Assembly: GCA_029864385.1 (NCBI GenBank)
Contig: JAOTTL010000002.1
Span: 1-49,120, forward strand
Direction: 5' to 3'
DNA length: 49,120 nucleotides
From: Betaproteobacteria bacterium
GTDB taxonomy: Bacteria; Pseudomonadota; Gammaproteobacteria; Burkholderiales; SG8-41
Under the pieces are notes generated by a model, which saw only the letters and a list, made by a program, of their open reading frames with translations, did no database searches and was not told the origin of the DNA. Made by a program: the position numbers and the translations under genes. Shown one piece after another: positions 21,372 to 29,814 of the stretch (positions are counted from its first letter, which is position 1; every line of letters begins with the position of its first letter).

Positions 21372-22154
21372 GGTTTTTGACCTGCTTGGCGGCGATCGGC
21401 GGTTGCACTGAGTAGGCGGGTTAGCGGTTTCAGTCCACTCACGACTCACGATGGACGCTTTTTCCAGTAGCTTGATTGCGGCGTCGCGCGAATCGCGGAC
21501 GCGTCGCTCCGCGGCCTGTTGGGCCGCTTCCCCGTCTCCCTCACGGATGGCTCGCACCAGCTGCTGCCAGCTCTTGAGAGATTGACGTCGCCGTTCCGGA
21601 GTGGAAAGGCCGAGCCGCGAGTAACGCAGGGTTTGCAGGGCGAGCGAGCCGAGGATGCTGCTTAGTCGCTTGTTGGGTGTCGCCTCGTTGAGCAGCCGGT
21701 TCACTTCGGATACCGTTTCGACGTAACGCGCGCCGTCCCCTGCCTCGCGCACGAGACGGGTGAGCTTGCCGACCTCGGCCTCGATCACCGGCAGCAAGTT
21801 CAGCCGCGCCGGGTGATCGGCGAGCTGGCGGTCACGCAATCCGTTGAGCACCGCCCGAATGTCAAAGATCTCTCGCACCTCATCGACCGAGAGATTGGTG
21901 ACCTGCGCGCCGCGGCGCGGCAGGATGGTGACCAGGCCTTCTTTCTCCAGCAGGCGCAGCGCTTCGCGCACCGGCCCGCGGCTCACTGCAAACTCCGCGG
22001 CGACTGCCTGCTCGAGTACGCGCTGCCCCGGTCCGTAAGCACCGCTCGCGATGCGTCGCGAAAGCTCCGCGGCGATCTGCTCGGACAAGGATTGGGTGAG
22101 TGAGGTCGCGCCGGCCGGCTCGCTCCTGCCGCGCGCCTCAAGGGGGTGCGCCAT
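21354..22154 (-). CDS. GntR-family (FadR/FCD-type) transcriptional regulator
   Basis: wHTH LEQAVAAEFAVSRGPVREALRLLEKEGLV followed by a helical FCD-like domain. The start is placed at ATG 22154 because an earlier Met would read through the operator-like palindrome. The last ~35 codons lie in repeat-element DNA. Confidence 0.85.
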   Translation of the reverse strand: MAHPLEARGRSEPAGATSLTQSLSEQIAAELSRRIASGAYGPGQRVLEQAVAAEFAVSRGPVREALRLLEKEGLVTILPRRGAQVTNLSVDEVREIFDIRAVLNGLRDRQLADHPARLNLLPVIEAEVGKLTRLVREAGDGARYVETVSEVNRLLNEATPNKRLSSILGSLALQTLRYSRLGLSTPERRRQSLKSWQQLVRAIREGDGEAAQQAAERRVRDSRDAAIKLLEKASIVSREWTETANPPTQCNRRSPPSRSKTRFSRR

Positions 22155-22183
22155 GCAGGGGACGATACTGGCCGCTTGTAATA

Positions 22184-22205
22184 TTGTCAACAATATTATT
22201 GACAA
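22184..22205. promoter_or_regulatory. near-palindromic AT-rich operator candidate in the GntR / Mo-enzyme divergent region
   Basis: TTGTCAACAATATTATTGACAA has 20 of 22 positions dyad-symmetric and contains GT..AC-type half sites typical of GntR-family operators. It lies 30-50 nt upstream of the regulator start. Confidence 0.55.
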
Positions 22206-22381
22206 CAATAAGGGCTATGCCTACCATGACCTTCCCCGCGCCGCCTTGCGCAGCCTCGCGTTTCCAATCCCATGAGCTCGATGCCCGAGATCAAGGAAAT
22301 TCATCGACGCGTTACAGCCGCGGTTGAGAATGCAGCTGGGGCCGAAGTACAAGGCGGGCGTCCGGCCTTAGGTTCAAGAGC

Positions 22382-22416
22382 GTGATGGGTGACGAGTGAC
22401 TGGTGAGGCGTGAGCA
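22382..22416. repeat. 5 heptads GTGATGG GTGACGA GTGACTG GTGAGGC GTGAGCA just upstream of the Mo-enzyme RBS
   Basis: Read directly; 7-nt period. Confidence 0.9.
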
Positions 22417-22434
22417 AGTAAAGGGAGGGCGTAG

Positions 22435-23679
22435 ATGCCAAAGCGGGAAATCGAAGGCGATTGGGTTCTCGGCTGGCCGGACCGGAAACGACCGGCGATC
22501 ATACCGGGCAAGGATGCCGAAGGCCGCGTGATCAATGGCCGTGCGCCGGTGACTGAGCTCGCCGGCTTGATCACCCCGAATGAGGCGTACTACATCGTCA
22601 ATCAACTCGAGGCGCCGGATGCGGTGCATCCGGACGACTGGAAGCTCTCGATCAAGGGTGAGGTCGAGCGCCCGTTCGAGCTCGATTTCGAAAGCCTCAT
22701 GAAACTGCCTGGCCGCAGCGTGCGTGGGGTGACCGAATGTGCTGGCAACGACGCCGGCTTCTTCGACTATCTGCGCAAAGGCGCGAAGAAGCCCTCGCGC
22801 GTCAACCAGCAAGACATGCAGAAGCGCGCCGAGCAACGCGTGAAGGGCGAGCTCCCGTCCAGCGAGGAAATCAGCTCCGAGTCGACGACAACGTGCGCGG
22901 TGAGCGCGGGCGAGTTCACGGGCGTGCCCCTCGTGGAGGTGCTCAAGCGTGCCGGCATGAAGCCGGGTGCCGTCTGCGTGCGCGCGCAGGGATTCGATAC
23001 CGGTCATCCGGACACGGCGGTGATCTATCGCTCGGTGGGGACTCGAGATTTCGAGATTCCGGATCCCGGCGTGATCCACTACGAGAAGGCGCTGCCGCTC
23101 GAGAAAGCGCTCGATCCGGACACGATCCTTGCCTGGGCGCAGAACGGCGAATACTTGTGGCATGTACACGGATCGCCCGTGCGTCTCATCGTGCCGGGAT
23201 GGTCGGGCAACTGGTGGGTGAAGTGGGTCGAGGAGCTCGAAGTGATGAGCACCATGCCCACGCCCTTCTACCAGAGGGAGTACTTCGTTTACGGGGAATC
23301 GGCGCAGGATCCGGAAAAGCCACCGCTGATGGCCATGGGGGTGCGCAATATCATCACTGAGCCGCTCGACGAGGACTCACCGCTTCCGCGCGGCTCCCAC
23401 ATGATTCGCGGGCGTGCCTGGAGCGGAAAGGGTGCGATCACGCGCGTGGAGGTGAGCTTCGACGAGGGCAAGACCTGGACCGACGCTCATCTGGAGGAGC
23501 CGCGCGAGCGGTGGTTGTGGCGGCGCTGGTCATTTCTGTGGGAGGTAGACAAGCCCGGCCAGTACAAGATCATGGCCCGGGCCACTGACGAGACCGGCCG
23601 CGTCCAGCCGCAGACCCCGTGGAATTTCCAGCGCAAGCACTTCGATTGGATCGTGCCCACTGAGATCACTATCGTTTAG
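22435..23679 (+). CDS. sulfite-oxidase-fold molybdopterin oxidoreductase (no signal peptide)
   Basis: Mo-ligand cysteine motif VTECAGN, oxidoreductase molybdopterin-binding domain plus C-terminal Mo-co dimerisation-like domain (ITRVEVSFDEGKTW). RBS AGGGAGGG. No Tat or Sec signal. Confidence 0.85.
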   Translation: MPKREIEGDWVLGWPDRKRPAIIPGKDAEGRVINGRAPVTELAGLITPNEAYYIVNQLEAPDAVHPDDWKLSIKGEVERPFELDFESLMKLPGRSVRGVTECAGNDAGFFDYLRKGAKKPSRVNQQDMQKRAEQRVKGELPSSEEISSESTTTCAVSAGEFTGVPLVEVLKRAGMKPGAVCVRAQGFDTGHPDTAVIYRSVGTRDFEIPDPGVIHYEKALPLEKALDPDTILAWAQNGEYLWHVHGSPVRLIVPGWSGNWWVKWVEELEVMSTMPTPFYQREYFVYGESAQDPEKPPLMAMGVRNIITEPLDEDSPLPRGSHMIRGRAWSGKGAITRVEVSFDEGKTWTDAHLEEPRERWLWRRWSFLWEVDKPGQYKIMARATDETGRVQPQTPWNFQRKHFDWIVPTEITIV

Positions 23680-23768
23680 TGATGAGTGATGAGTGATGAG
23701 TGATGAGTGACGAGTGACGAGTGACGAGTGACGAGTGACCAGCGACCAGTTACCAGTGACGAGTGAGT
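23678..23768. repeat. 13 tandem heptads: 4 x AGTGATG, 4 x AGTGACG, then AGTGACC AGCGACC AGTTACC AGTGACG AGTGAGT
   Basis: Starts inside the Mo-enzyme stop codon (TAG 23677-23679). The complementary words AGCCACC CGTCACC CATCACG lie at 23894-23914, just before etfB. Confidence 0.95.
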
Positions 23769-23929
23769 GGTGCGCAGAAGTCATCTCATTAATCCCCTCT
23801 CCCCGCTGCCGCGGGACGAGGAGTATTGTTGAGACAAGCCCTGGCGACCCGTCAGCGGTGGCCTGTGAATCGAAGCGCCCCGCGCGGTTTGCGAGCCACC
23901 CGTCACCCATCACGCCGTTAGGTCTTGAG

Positions 23930-24733
23930 ATGCACATTATTGTTTGCGTAAAACAGGTACCGAACCCCGAGGCGGCCTTCAGCATGTTCAAGGTCGACGA
24001 GCAGGGGAAGAAGGTAATCCCGGCCTCTGGTCTGCAGATGGTCATGAGTCCGTTCGACGAACAGGCGCTCGAAGCGGCACTGCGCATCCGGGATGCAGGA
24101 AGCGACACGCGGATCACCGTCATGACCCTTGGGGCGGAATCCGTGCGCTCGGTCCTCAAGCATGGCCTTGCCATGGGTGCCGATGACGGCGTGCTGCTCG
24201 GGGACGCCGCTTTCCAGGATGGCGATGCCTGCAGCACCGCCCGTGTTCTGTCCGCGGCAATCGGCAAGCTCGGTGATTGCGATTTGGTGTTGACCGGCCG
24301 GCAGGCGGCCGATTGGGACGCCGGCATCGTAGGCTGTGGAATCGCGGAGCTCTTGCACTTGCCGGTCATCACCTTCGCTCGCGACCTCAAAGTGAGCGAC
24401 GGCGTCGCGCGCGTCGAGCGTGTTGTGGAAAACGGTTTTGACGTGGTCGAGGCGCCGCTCCCGGCGGTGGTGACGGTTTCAAACGAGCTTGGTGCGGCCC
24501 GTGCTCCGAGCCTGCGCGAAACCATGCGGGCTGCCCGCAAACCCATCGCGATCTGGTCTGCCGCGGACCTGGGTCTTGAGCTGAACGAAGTCGGCGCGGC
24601 TGGTGCGCGGCGCGTGCTGGACCGGTTGTTCATCCCGCCGAAGAAAGGCGCGTGCGAGCTGGTGGACGGGGCAACGCCGGAGGAACAAGGTTCGAACCTC
24701 GCGCAGCGGCTGCTTCAGGCGAAACTGCTATGA
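23930..24733 (+). CDS. etfB: electron transfer flavoprotein beta subunit
   Basis: MHIIVCVKQVPNPE.., with typical EtfB length from ATG 23930. The upstream part of ORF 23735.. runs through the repeat array. Confidence 0.9.
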   Translation: MHIIVCVKQVPNPEAAFSMFKVDEQGKKVIPASGLQMVMSPFDEQALEAALRIRDAGSDTRITVMTLGAESVRSVLKHGLAMGADDGVLLGDAAFQDGDACSTARVLSAAIGKLGDCDLVLTGRQAADWDAGIVGCGIAELLHLPVITFARDLKVSDGVARVERVVENGFDVVEAPLPAVVTVSNELGAARAPSLRETMRAARKPIAIWSAADLGLELNEVGAAGARRVLDRLFIPPKKGACELVDGATPEEQGSNLAQRLLQAKLL

Positions 24734-25725
24734 GCGCGAACGGCGTCACGGTCGTTGCCGAGCTCGCCGCCGGAAACCTGACGGGGCTCTCCTGTGAGCT
24801 TCTCGGGCTGGCGCGGCGGCTTGCAGAGCAGATCGGCGGGCCGGTCTGCGCGGTCTGTCCCGGCGCAGACGAGCGGGCGGCGGTGGAACTGATTGCGCAT
24901 GGGGCGGACCGGGTCTATGCGGCAGGCGAGCCGGCATTGGCGGATTACGACAGCGACGGCTGGACGGCCTGCGTGGCCGCGGCAGCGCGCGAGGCTCGTC
25001 CGGCTGCCGTATTGATCGGCCAAACCACGAGCGGTGCCGATCTGGCACCACGGCTCGCGTTTCGACTCGAGGCCGCGGTTGCGACGGGTTGTGTTGCCGT
25101 TGCGGTTGAAGGCGGTGCGCTGCGCTTCACCCGACCGTGTTACGGAGGAAATGTGCGCGAGACGGTGTCCTTCAAAACTTCTTTTGCAGTTGCCACGGTT
25201 CGCGCCGGCTGCTACGACGCGCTCCAGCGCGATCCACAGCGCGCCGGTGAGACCACGACAATCGAGCTCGACAAGACGGCCCAGCGCGCGCGAGTGCTCG
25301 AGCGCCAGCGCGATAGCGGCAGTGATGTGCGGCTGGAGGAGGCGCGGGTCGTCATAGCGGGCGGGCGCGGGATGAACGGCCCGGAGGGCTTCGAAGTCCT
25401 CGCGGAGCTCGCCCGCGAATTGCACGGAGCTGTCGGCGCCAGCCGTGTTCCGTGCGATCTGGGCTGGTGCCCGCACTCGATGCAGATCGGGCTCACGGGA
25501 AAGACGGTGACACCGGAGCTCTATATTGCCGTTGGAATCTCCGGCGCCGGTCAACACATGGCAGGCTGCGGCAACGCGCGCAATATCATCGCGATCAACA
25601 CCGACGCTGCGGCCGCAATCTACAAGGACGCGCGCTGGGGCGTAGTCGGCGACTATCGCAAGGTGATTCCGTCGCTTGTCGAGGCAATCCGCGCGATTCG
25701 TTCAGCCGCGGAGAAGAGCGAGTGA
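24730..25725 (+). CDS. etfA: electron transfer flavoprotein alpha subunit
   Basis: ATGA overlap with the etfB stop; FAD-binding motif ELYIAVGISGAGQHMAG. Confidence 0.9.
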   Translation: MSANGVTVVAELAAGNLTGLSCELLGLARRLAEQIGGPVCAVCPGADERAAVELIAHGADRVYAAGEPALADYDSDGWTACVAAAAREARPAAVLIGQTTSGADLAPRLAFRLEAAVATGCVAVAVEGGALRFTRPCYGGNVRETVSFKTSFAVATVRAGCYDALQRDPQRAGETTTIELDKTAQRARVLERQRDSGSDVRLEEARVVIAGGRGMNGPEGFEVLAELARELHGAVGASRVPCDLGWCPHSMQIGLTGKTVTPELYIAVGISGAGQHMAGCGNARNIIAINTDAAAAIYKDARWGVVGDYRKVIPSLVEAIRAIRSAAEKSE

Positions 25726-25726
25726 A

Positions 25727-25811
25727 GCCGCAGATACACGCAGATAGAAACAGATATTCTGGCTCCAGACGCACAATCGGGAGTTGGTTTCATGGGCGTT
25801 TATCTGCGGCC
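25727..25811. repeat. 3 x 10-nt array (GCCGCAGATA CACGCAGATA GAAACAGATA) facing an inverted GCGTTTATCTGCGGCC motif
   Basis: Left arm 25727-25756, right arm 25796-25811, in the etfA-CT2 spacer. Confidence 0.9.
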
Positions 25812-25830
25812 ATTTTCTTGGGGGTTTAGC

Positions 25831-27366
25831 ATGGCATTTGAATCGTTATTGGCAGAGTACGAAGCGCGGCGCGCAAAGGCGCTCGCGGGCGGCGGCGCTG
25901 AGAAGTACGCCAAACGCAAGGCGGCTGGCGTCTGGAACGCGCGTGAGCGGATCGACTATCTCGTCGACCAAGGAACATTCATCGAGTCGGGCTTGTTCGG
26001 CTCCTCGGGCGTTTATCCGGAGCAGGAAAACGAAACCCAGACCGATGGCAAGCTCGCGGGCTACGCGAAGATCAGCGGGCGCGACGCGTGCGTGGTGGTG
26101 AACGACTTCACGGTGAAGGGCGCTTCCACCAGCTCGACCAACAGCAAGAAGATCGCACAGATGAAGCGCACTGCGACCGAGCGCGGCATGCCGTTGGTTG
26201 TCATCGGAGAGTCCACCGGTGCGCGGCTGCCCGACGCCATGGGCTCGCGCGGCATGGGTCAGCTGCTTGGAAATGACATCACGCAATTCCGGCGCCTGCG
26301 CGAGACGCCGATGGCAGCCGCGGCGTTCGGGCCCTCGTTTGGCTCGTCGACCTGGCTCATGTGTCAGGCCGATTTCGCGGTGATGAAAAAAGGCGCGACG
26401 ATGGCCGTGTCGAGCCCGGGGCTCGTGTCGATGGCCCTTAACGAAAAAGTGGACGCGGAGGAGCTCGGCGGTTGGCGGCTGCATGCCGAGACCACCGGCC
26501 TCATTGACCAGGCGGCGGATACCGAGGAAGAAGTTTTCGACGCGATAAAGAAGTTTCTCTCGTACCTGCCCAGCCATCACATGGAAGCGCCACCCGATGC
26601 GGCGGTGCTGGCCGGTTCGGGTGCCGATATGGAGAAGGTCTTCTCTGTGCTGCCGGAGAGTCGCACGCAGGTGTACGACATGAAGCGCATCATCCGGGCG
26701 ATCGCCGACAAGGATACCGTCTTCGAGTTGAAACCGCGCTTTGGCAAGAGTGCGGTGACGGCGCTCGCGCGCCTCGGCGGGAAAAGCGTGGGTATCGTCG
26801 CCAACAACCCGTTACATCGGGGCGGGGCGCTCGACGGCGATGCCTGCCGCAAGATCGTGGATTTCCTCGTGCTGTGCGACTCGTACAACGTGCCCCTCAT
26901 GATCCTGGCCGACACGCCGGGCTTCCAGATCGGAACCGAAGCCGAGAAGGCGGGGGCGCCGGGTAAGATCATGAACTTCATGAACGCGATGACACTGGTC
27001 ACGGTGCCGCGCGTATCCGTCATCATTCGCAAAAGCTATGGCCGCGCCTACGTCTGCATGGGAGGTGGCCGGCACTCCGATGAGATCGCAGCGTGGCCCA
27101 CGGCCGAAGTGAGCTTCATGAGCCCCGAGTTCGCGACCAAGATCGTCCACGGCGTGGGAGCGGGCGAGCCGGGGTTCGAAGAGGCGCTGGCCAAGATCCG
27201 GAAGGGCGCCGATGTCTGGGGGCTTGCCGCCGTTTACGCTGCGCAGGCGGTGATCCGGCCCGAACAGACGCGCGATTACCTGATTCGCATGCTCGATGTG
27301 CACCGGTTGCGGATCACGAAAGGCGTCGGGCAGCACTTGATGCGCGCCTGGCCCACTTCTTACTAA
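25831..27366 (+). CDS. acyl-CoA carboxylase carboxyltransferase subunit (paralog 2)
   Basis: VVNDFTVKGASTS, IVANNPLHRGGALD, AAWPTAEVSFM, C-terminus WPTSY. Start at ATG 25831 (MAFESLLAEYE..). Confidence 0.9.
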   Translation: MAFESLLAEYEARRAKALAGGGAEKYAKRKAAGVWNARERIDYLVDQGTFIESGLFGSSGVYPEQENETQTDGKLAGYAKISGRDACVVVNDFTVKGASTSSTNSKKIAQMKRTATERGMPLVVIGESTGARLPDAMGSRGMGQLLGNDITQFRRLRETPMAAAAFGPSFGSSTWLMCQADFAVMKKGATMAVSSPGLVSMALNEKVDAEELGGWRLHAETTGLIDQAADTEEEVFDAIKKFLSYLPSHHMEAPPDAAVLAGSGADMEKVFSVLPESRTQVYDMKRIIRAIADKDTVFELKPRFGKSAVTALARLGGKSVGIVANNPLHRGGALDGDACRKIVDFLVLCDSYNVPLMILADTPGFQIGTEAEKAGAPGKIMNFMNAMTLVTVPRVSVIIRKSYGRAYVCMGGGRHSDEIAAWPTAEVSFMSPEFATKIVHGVGAGEPGFEEALAKIRKGADVWGLAAVYAAQAVIRPEQTRDYLIRMLDVHRLRITKGVGQHLMRAWPTSY

Positions 27367-27372
27367 TCGAGA

Positions 27373-27468
27373 AGTGATGATAGAGGGTGATGAGAAATGG
27401 TGATGAAAAATGGTGATGAGAAAGCCGCACCGCCGACTTAACGGTTGGCCATCACCAGTACTCGTCAC
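27373..27468. repeat. 4 x 13-nt array (AGTGATGATAGAG GGTGATGAGAAAT GGTGATGAAAAAT GGTGATGAGAAAG) plus inverted arm CCATCACCAGTACTCGTCAC
   Basis: Left arm 27373-27424, right arm 27449-27468, in the CT2-BC spacer. Confidence 0.9.
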
Positions 27469-27521
27469 TCTTGGCGGTCGGCGGGCGCGAGCCGCAATCC
27501 TCAACACGTATATGCGTATCC

Positions 27522-28871
27522 ATGTTCAATAAGGTTTTGGTGGCGAATCGGGGGGCGGTGGCGGCAAGGGTGCTGCGCGCGCTCTACGAGCTCGGCGTGA
27601 AGAGCGCGGCGGTGTACTCCGAGGCGGACTATGGCGCGCCCTATCTCGAACTCGCGAGCGAGACGTACGCGATTGGGGCGGCGCCAGCACGCGAAAGCTA
27701 CCTTAACCAGGACGCACTGCTTGAGGTGATCGGGCGTTCAGGGGCGGAGGGCGTGCATCCGGGCTACGGTTTCTTGTCGGAGAACGCCGAGTTTGCGCAG
27801 CGTGTGCTCGATGCCGGGGCGCGCTTCATCGGTCCTTCTCCCAAGTGGATCTCGGCGATGGGTCACAAGACCAGGGCGCGCGAGCTCGCGGCGCACTACG
27901 GCATGCCGGTCGCGCGGGGCTCAGAGGTGCTGCCTGCGGAGAGCGACGCGGTGCTGGCGGCGGCGCGCGCAATCGGGTTTCCGGTGCTGGTCAAGCCCGC
28001 CGGTGGGGGCGGCGGCATCGGAATGCTGCCCGCCAAGGACGAAAGCCAGCTCCTCGAGGCCGTCGAGCGCTCGCGGTCGATGGCGTCGCGCGGCTTCGGC
28101 AATGCCGAGGTTTACCTCGAGCGCCTGATCGAGCGGCCGCGCCATATCGAGTTCCAGGTTTTGGGCGACACGCACGGCGGCGCGGTGCATCTTTTTGAGC
28201 GGGACTGCTCGACACAGCGGCGCAACCAGAAAGTGATCGAAGAAGCGCCGGCACCGGCAATCCTTCGCAGCGACGTGGAATCGATGGCTGCGCGCGTGGC
28301 ATCCATCGTCCGCGAGATAGGATACGACAACATCGGTACGGTGGAGATGCTCTACGGCCCTGACGGCTCGTTCAGCTTTCTGGAAATGAACACCCGCCTC
28401 CAGGTCGAGCACGGCGTGACCGAGGAGGTGACTGGGGTGGATCTCGTCAAGGCGCAGGTACGTTGCGCCGCGGGCGAGTCGTTGGCAGAGATCCTTCCGC
28501 CGGCCATCGAGTTAAAAGGCCATGCGATCCAGGCGCGGGTTTACGCCGAGGACCCGACAAGCTTCTTTCCGTCGCCCGGAAAGCTGAAAGTGTTCCGGCC
28601 GCCGCAGGATCCGGAAATTCGGGTCGAGACTGGCTATGCCGAGGGCCGTGACGTGACGCCCCATTACGACCCGATGATCGCCAAAGTGATCGTGCATGCC
28701 GCAACGCGGGCGCAGGCGATCGAGCGGCTGATCGAGGCGCTGGAGGTGTTCGAGATTCAGGGCCCCAAGAACAACATTCCAGCGGTGCTGGCCGTCCTGC
28801 GATCGGACGCATTCCGCTCCGGCGAGGTGCATACGGGACTGATCCCGCAAGTGCTCGGCAAGAAGCCGTGA
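27522..28871 (+). CDS. biotin carboxylase (AccC-like, no BCCP domain)
   Basis: MFNKVLVANRGAVAARV, ATP-grasp glycine loop PAGGGGGIGM, FLEMNTRLQVEHGVTE. Confidence 0.95.
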   Translation: MFNKVLVANRGAVAARVLRALYELGVKSAAVYSEADYGAPYLELASETYAIGAAPARESYLNQDALLEVIGRSGAEGVHPGYGFLSENAEFAQRVLDAGARFIGPSPKWISAMGHKTRARELAAHYGMPVARGSEVLPAESDAVLAAARAIGFPVLVKPAGGGGGIGMLPAKDESQLLEAVERSRSMASRGFGNAEVYLERLIERPRHIEFQVLGDTHGGAVHLFERDCSTQRRNQKVIEEAPAPAILRSDVESMAARVASIVREIGYDNIGTVEMLYGPDGSFSFLEMNTRLQVEHGVTEEVTGVDLVKAQVRCAAGESLAEILPPAIELKGHAIQARVYAEDPTSFFPSPGKLKVFRPPQDPEIRVETGYAEGRDVTPHYDPMIAKVIVHAATRAQAIERLIEALEVFEIQGPKNNIPAVLAVLRSDAFRSGEVHTGLIPQVLGKKP

Positions 28872-28910
28872 ATCGTAAAACGTGAATCGTGAATCGTGAA
28901 TCGTGAATCG
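28867..28910. repeat. 6 heptads CGTGAAT CGTAAAA CGTGAAT x4 starting in the BC stop codon
   Basis: Read directly; four consecutive perfect CGTGAAT units. Confidence 0.95.
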
Positions 28911-28922
28911 AAAGAAATCTTA

Positions 28923-29080
28923 GCCACGGAAACACACGGAAGCACACGGAATGAAAATCAAAGCGATGAAGGTTACTTTCGGATTGAGCGGTGGTTGCTA
29001 TTGCTCGTTCTTCCGTGTATTTCCGTGTGATTCCGTGGCCAATGTCTTTGATCTGATGAATCTATTTTTATTCCGTGGCT
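28923..29080. repeat. 29-nt CACGGAA-word element in inverted pair, plus an extra TTCCGTGGCT
   Basis: 28923-28951 GCCACGGAAACACACGGAAGCACACGGAA versus the reverse complement of 29012-29040 GCCACGGAATCACACGGAAATACACGGAA (26 of 29 match), 60-nt spacer. Extra TTCCGTGGCT at 29071-29080. Confidence 0.9.
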
Positions 29081-29103
29081 ACCCTATTCCGAGAGGATTC
29101 TGA

Positions 29104-29814
29104 ATGGACTCGCGGGACCTGATCGTTGAAGCACGCAAGCGGGGGCGGGCGACGCTCGATGAGCAAGCCGGGAAGTGGCTGCTCGCCGCCTACGGCGTCG
29201 CCGTTCCTGCGTCGGTGATCGTGCCGGGCGCTGCGGGGGCCGCTGCAGCGTTCGAGTGCCTCAAGCCGCCGGTGGTGGTCAAGGTCATGTCTCCCGACAT
29301 CCTGCACAAGAGCGAAGCGCGCGCGGTACGGCTCAACGTGGCATCCGCTGTGGAACTGGCGGCGGCATGCGAGGAGATTCTTGCGAACGCGCGCGCTTAC
29401 AAAAACAATGCCCGAATCGACGGGTTCCTGGTGGAGGAGATGGCGCCGGCTGGCCAGGAGATGGTGATCGGCGGCCTGCGCGATCCGCAGTTCGGCCCCC
29501 TCGTCATGGTGGGGCTGGGCGGAATTTTCGTCGAGGTGCTGGCGGATGTCGCTTTCCGCATCTGCCCGATTGAGCGGCGCGACGCCGAGGAAATGCTGGA
29601 CGAGTTGAAGGGCGCGGCAATTCTCAAAGGCGCGCGCGGCAGAAAGCCGGTCTCGCGCGAGGCGATCGTCGAGACGTTGCTCCGGATCGGTGGCGAGCGG
29701 GGGCTTCTCATGGATCACGCGGCCGACATCAAGGAGGCGGACATCAACCCCCTCATCGTTTCCGAACGCGGGGCGGTCGCGGTGGACGCCCGCTTCGTGC
29801 TTTCGAAAGAGTGA
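29104..29814 (+). CDS. ADP-forming acyl-CoA synthetase, beta (ATP-grasp) subunit
   Basis: ATP-grasp pattern VVVKVMSPDILHKSEARAVRLNV..VEEM..GQEMVIGG..DPQFGP..MVGLGGIFVEVL and INPLIV tail. RBS GAGAGGA. Confidence 0.85.
   Translation: MDSRDLIVEARKRGRATLDEQAGKWLLAAYGVAVPASVIVPGAAGAAAAFECLKPPVVVKVMSPDILHKSEARAVRLNVASAVELAAACEEILANARAYKNNARIDGFLVEEMAPAGQEMVIGGLRDPQFGPLVMVGLGGIFVEVLADVAFRICPIERRDAEEMLDELKGAAILKGARGRKPVSREAIVETLLRIGGERGLLMDHAADIKEADINPLIVSERGAVAVDARFVLSKE

Noticed and set aside
21354-22208. GntR start at ATG 22208
   Set aside because: It would read through the AT-rich operator-like dyad and add a hydrophobic peptide (MLSIILLTILQAASIVPC) to a cytoplasmic regulator. ATG 22154 is preferred.
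23678-23768. CRISPR array interpretation of the tandem arrays (also 28867-28910, 27373-27424 and 19331-19418)
   Set aside because: Units are only 7-14 nt and directly abut each other, with no unique spacers of ~30 nt. No cas genes and no leader are present.
24689-24698. GGTTCGAACC, resembling a tRNA T-arm
   Set aside because: It lies inside the etfB coding sequence, and no acceptor, D or anticodon arms can be drawn around it. No tRNA or rRNA genes were found anywhere in the window.
27373-27424. GGTGATGA words as C-box (RUGAUGA) / kink-turn motifs of a box C/D-like RNA
   Set aside because: There is no matching CUGA D box at an appropriate distance. The opposite arm is fully Watson-Crick complementary (TCATCACC) rather than forming sheared G-A pairs. 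There is no evidence of a bacterial system using such RNAs.
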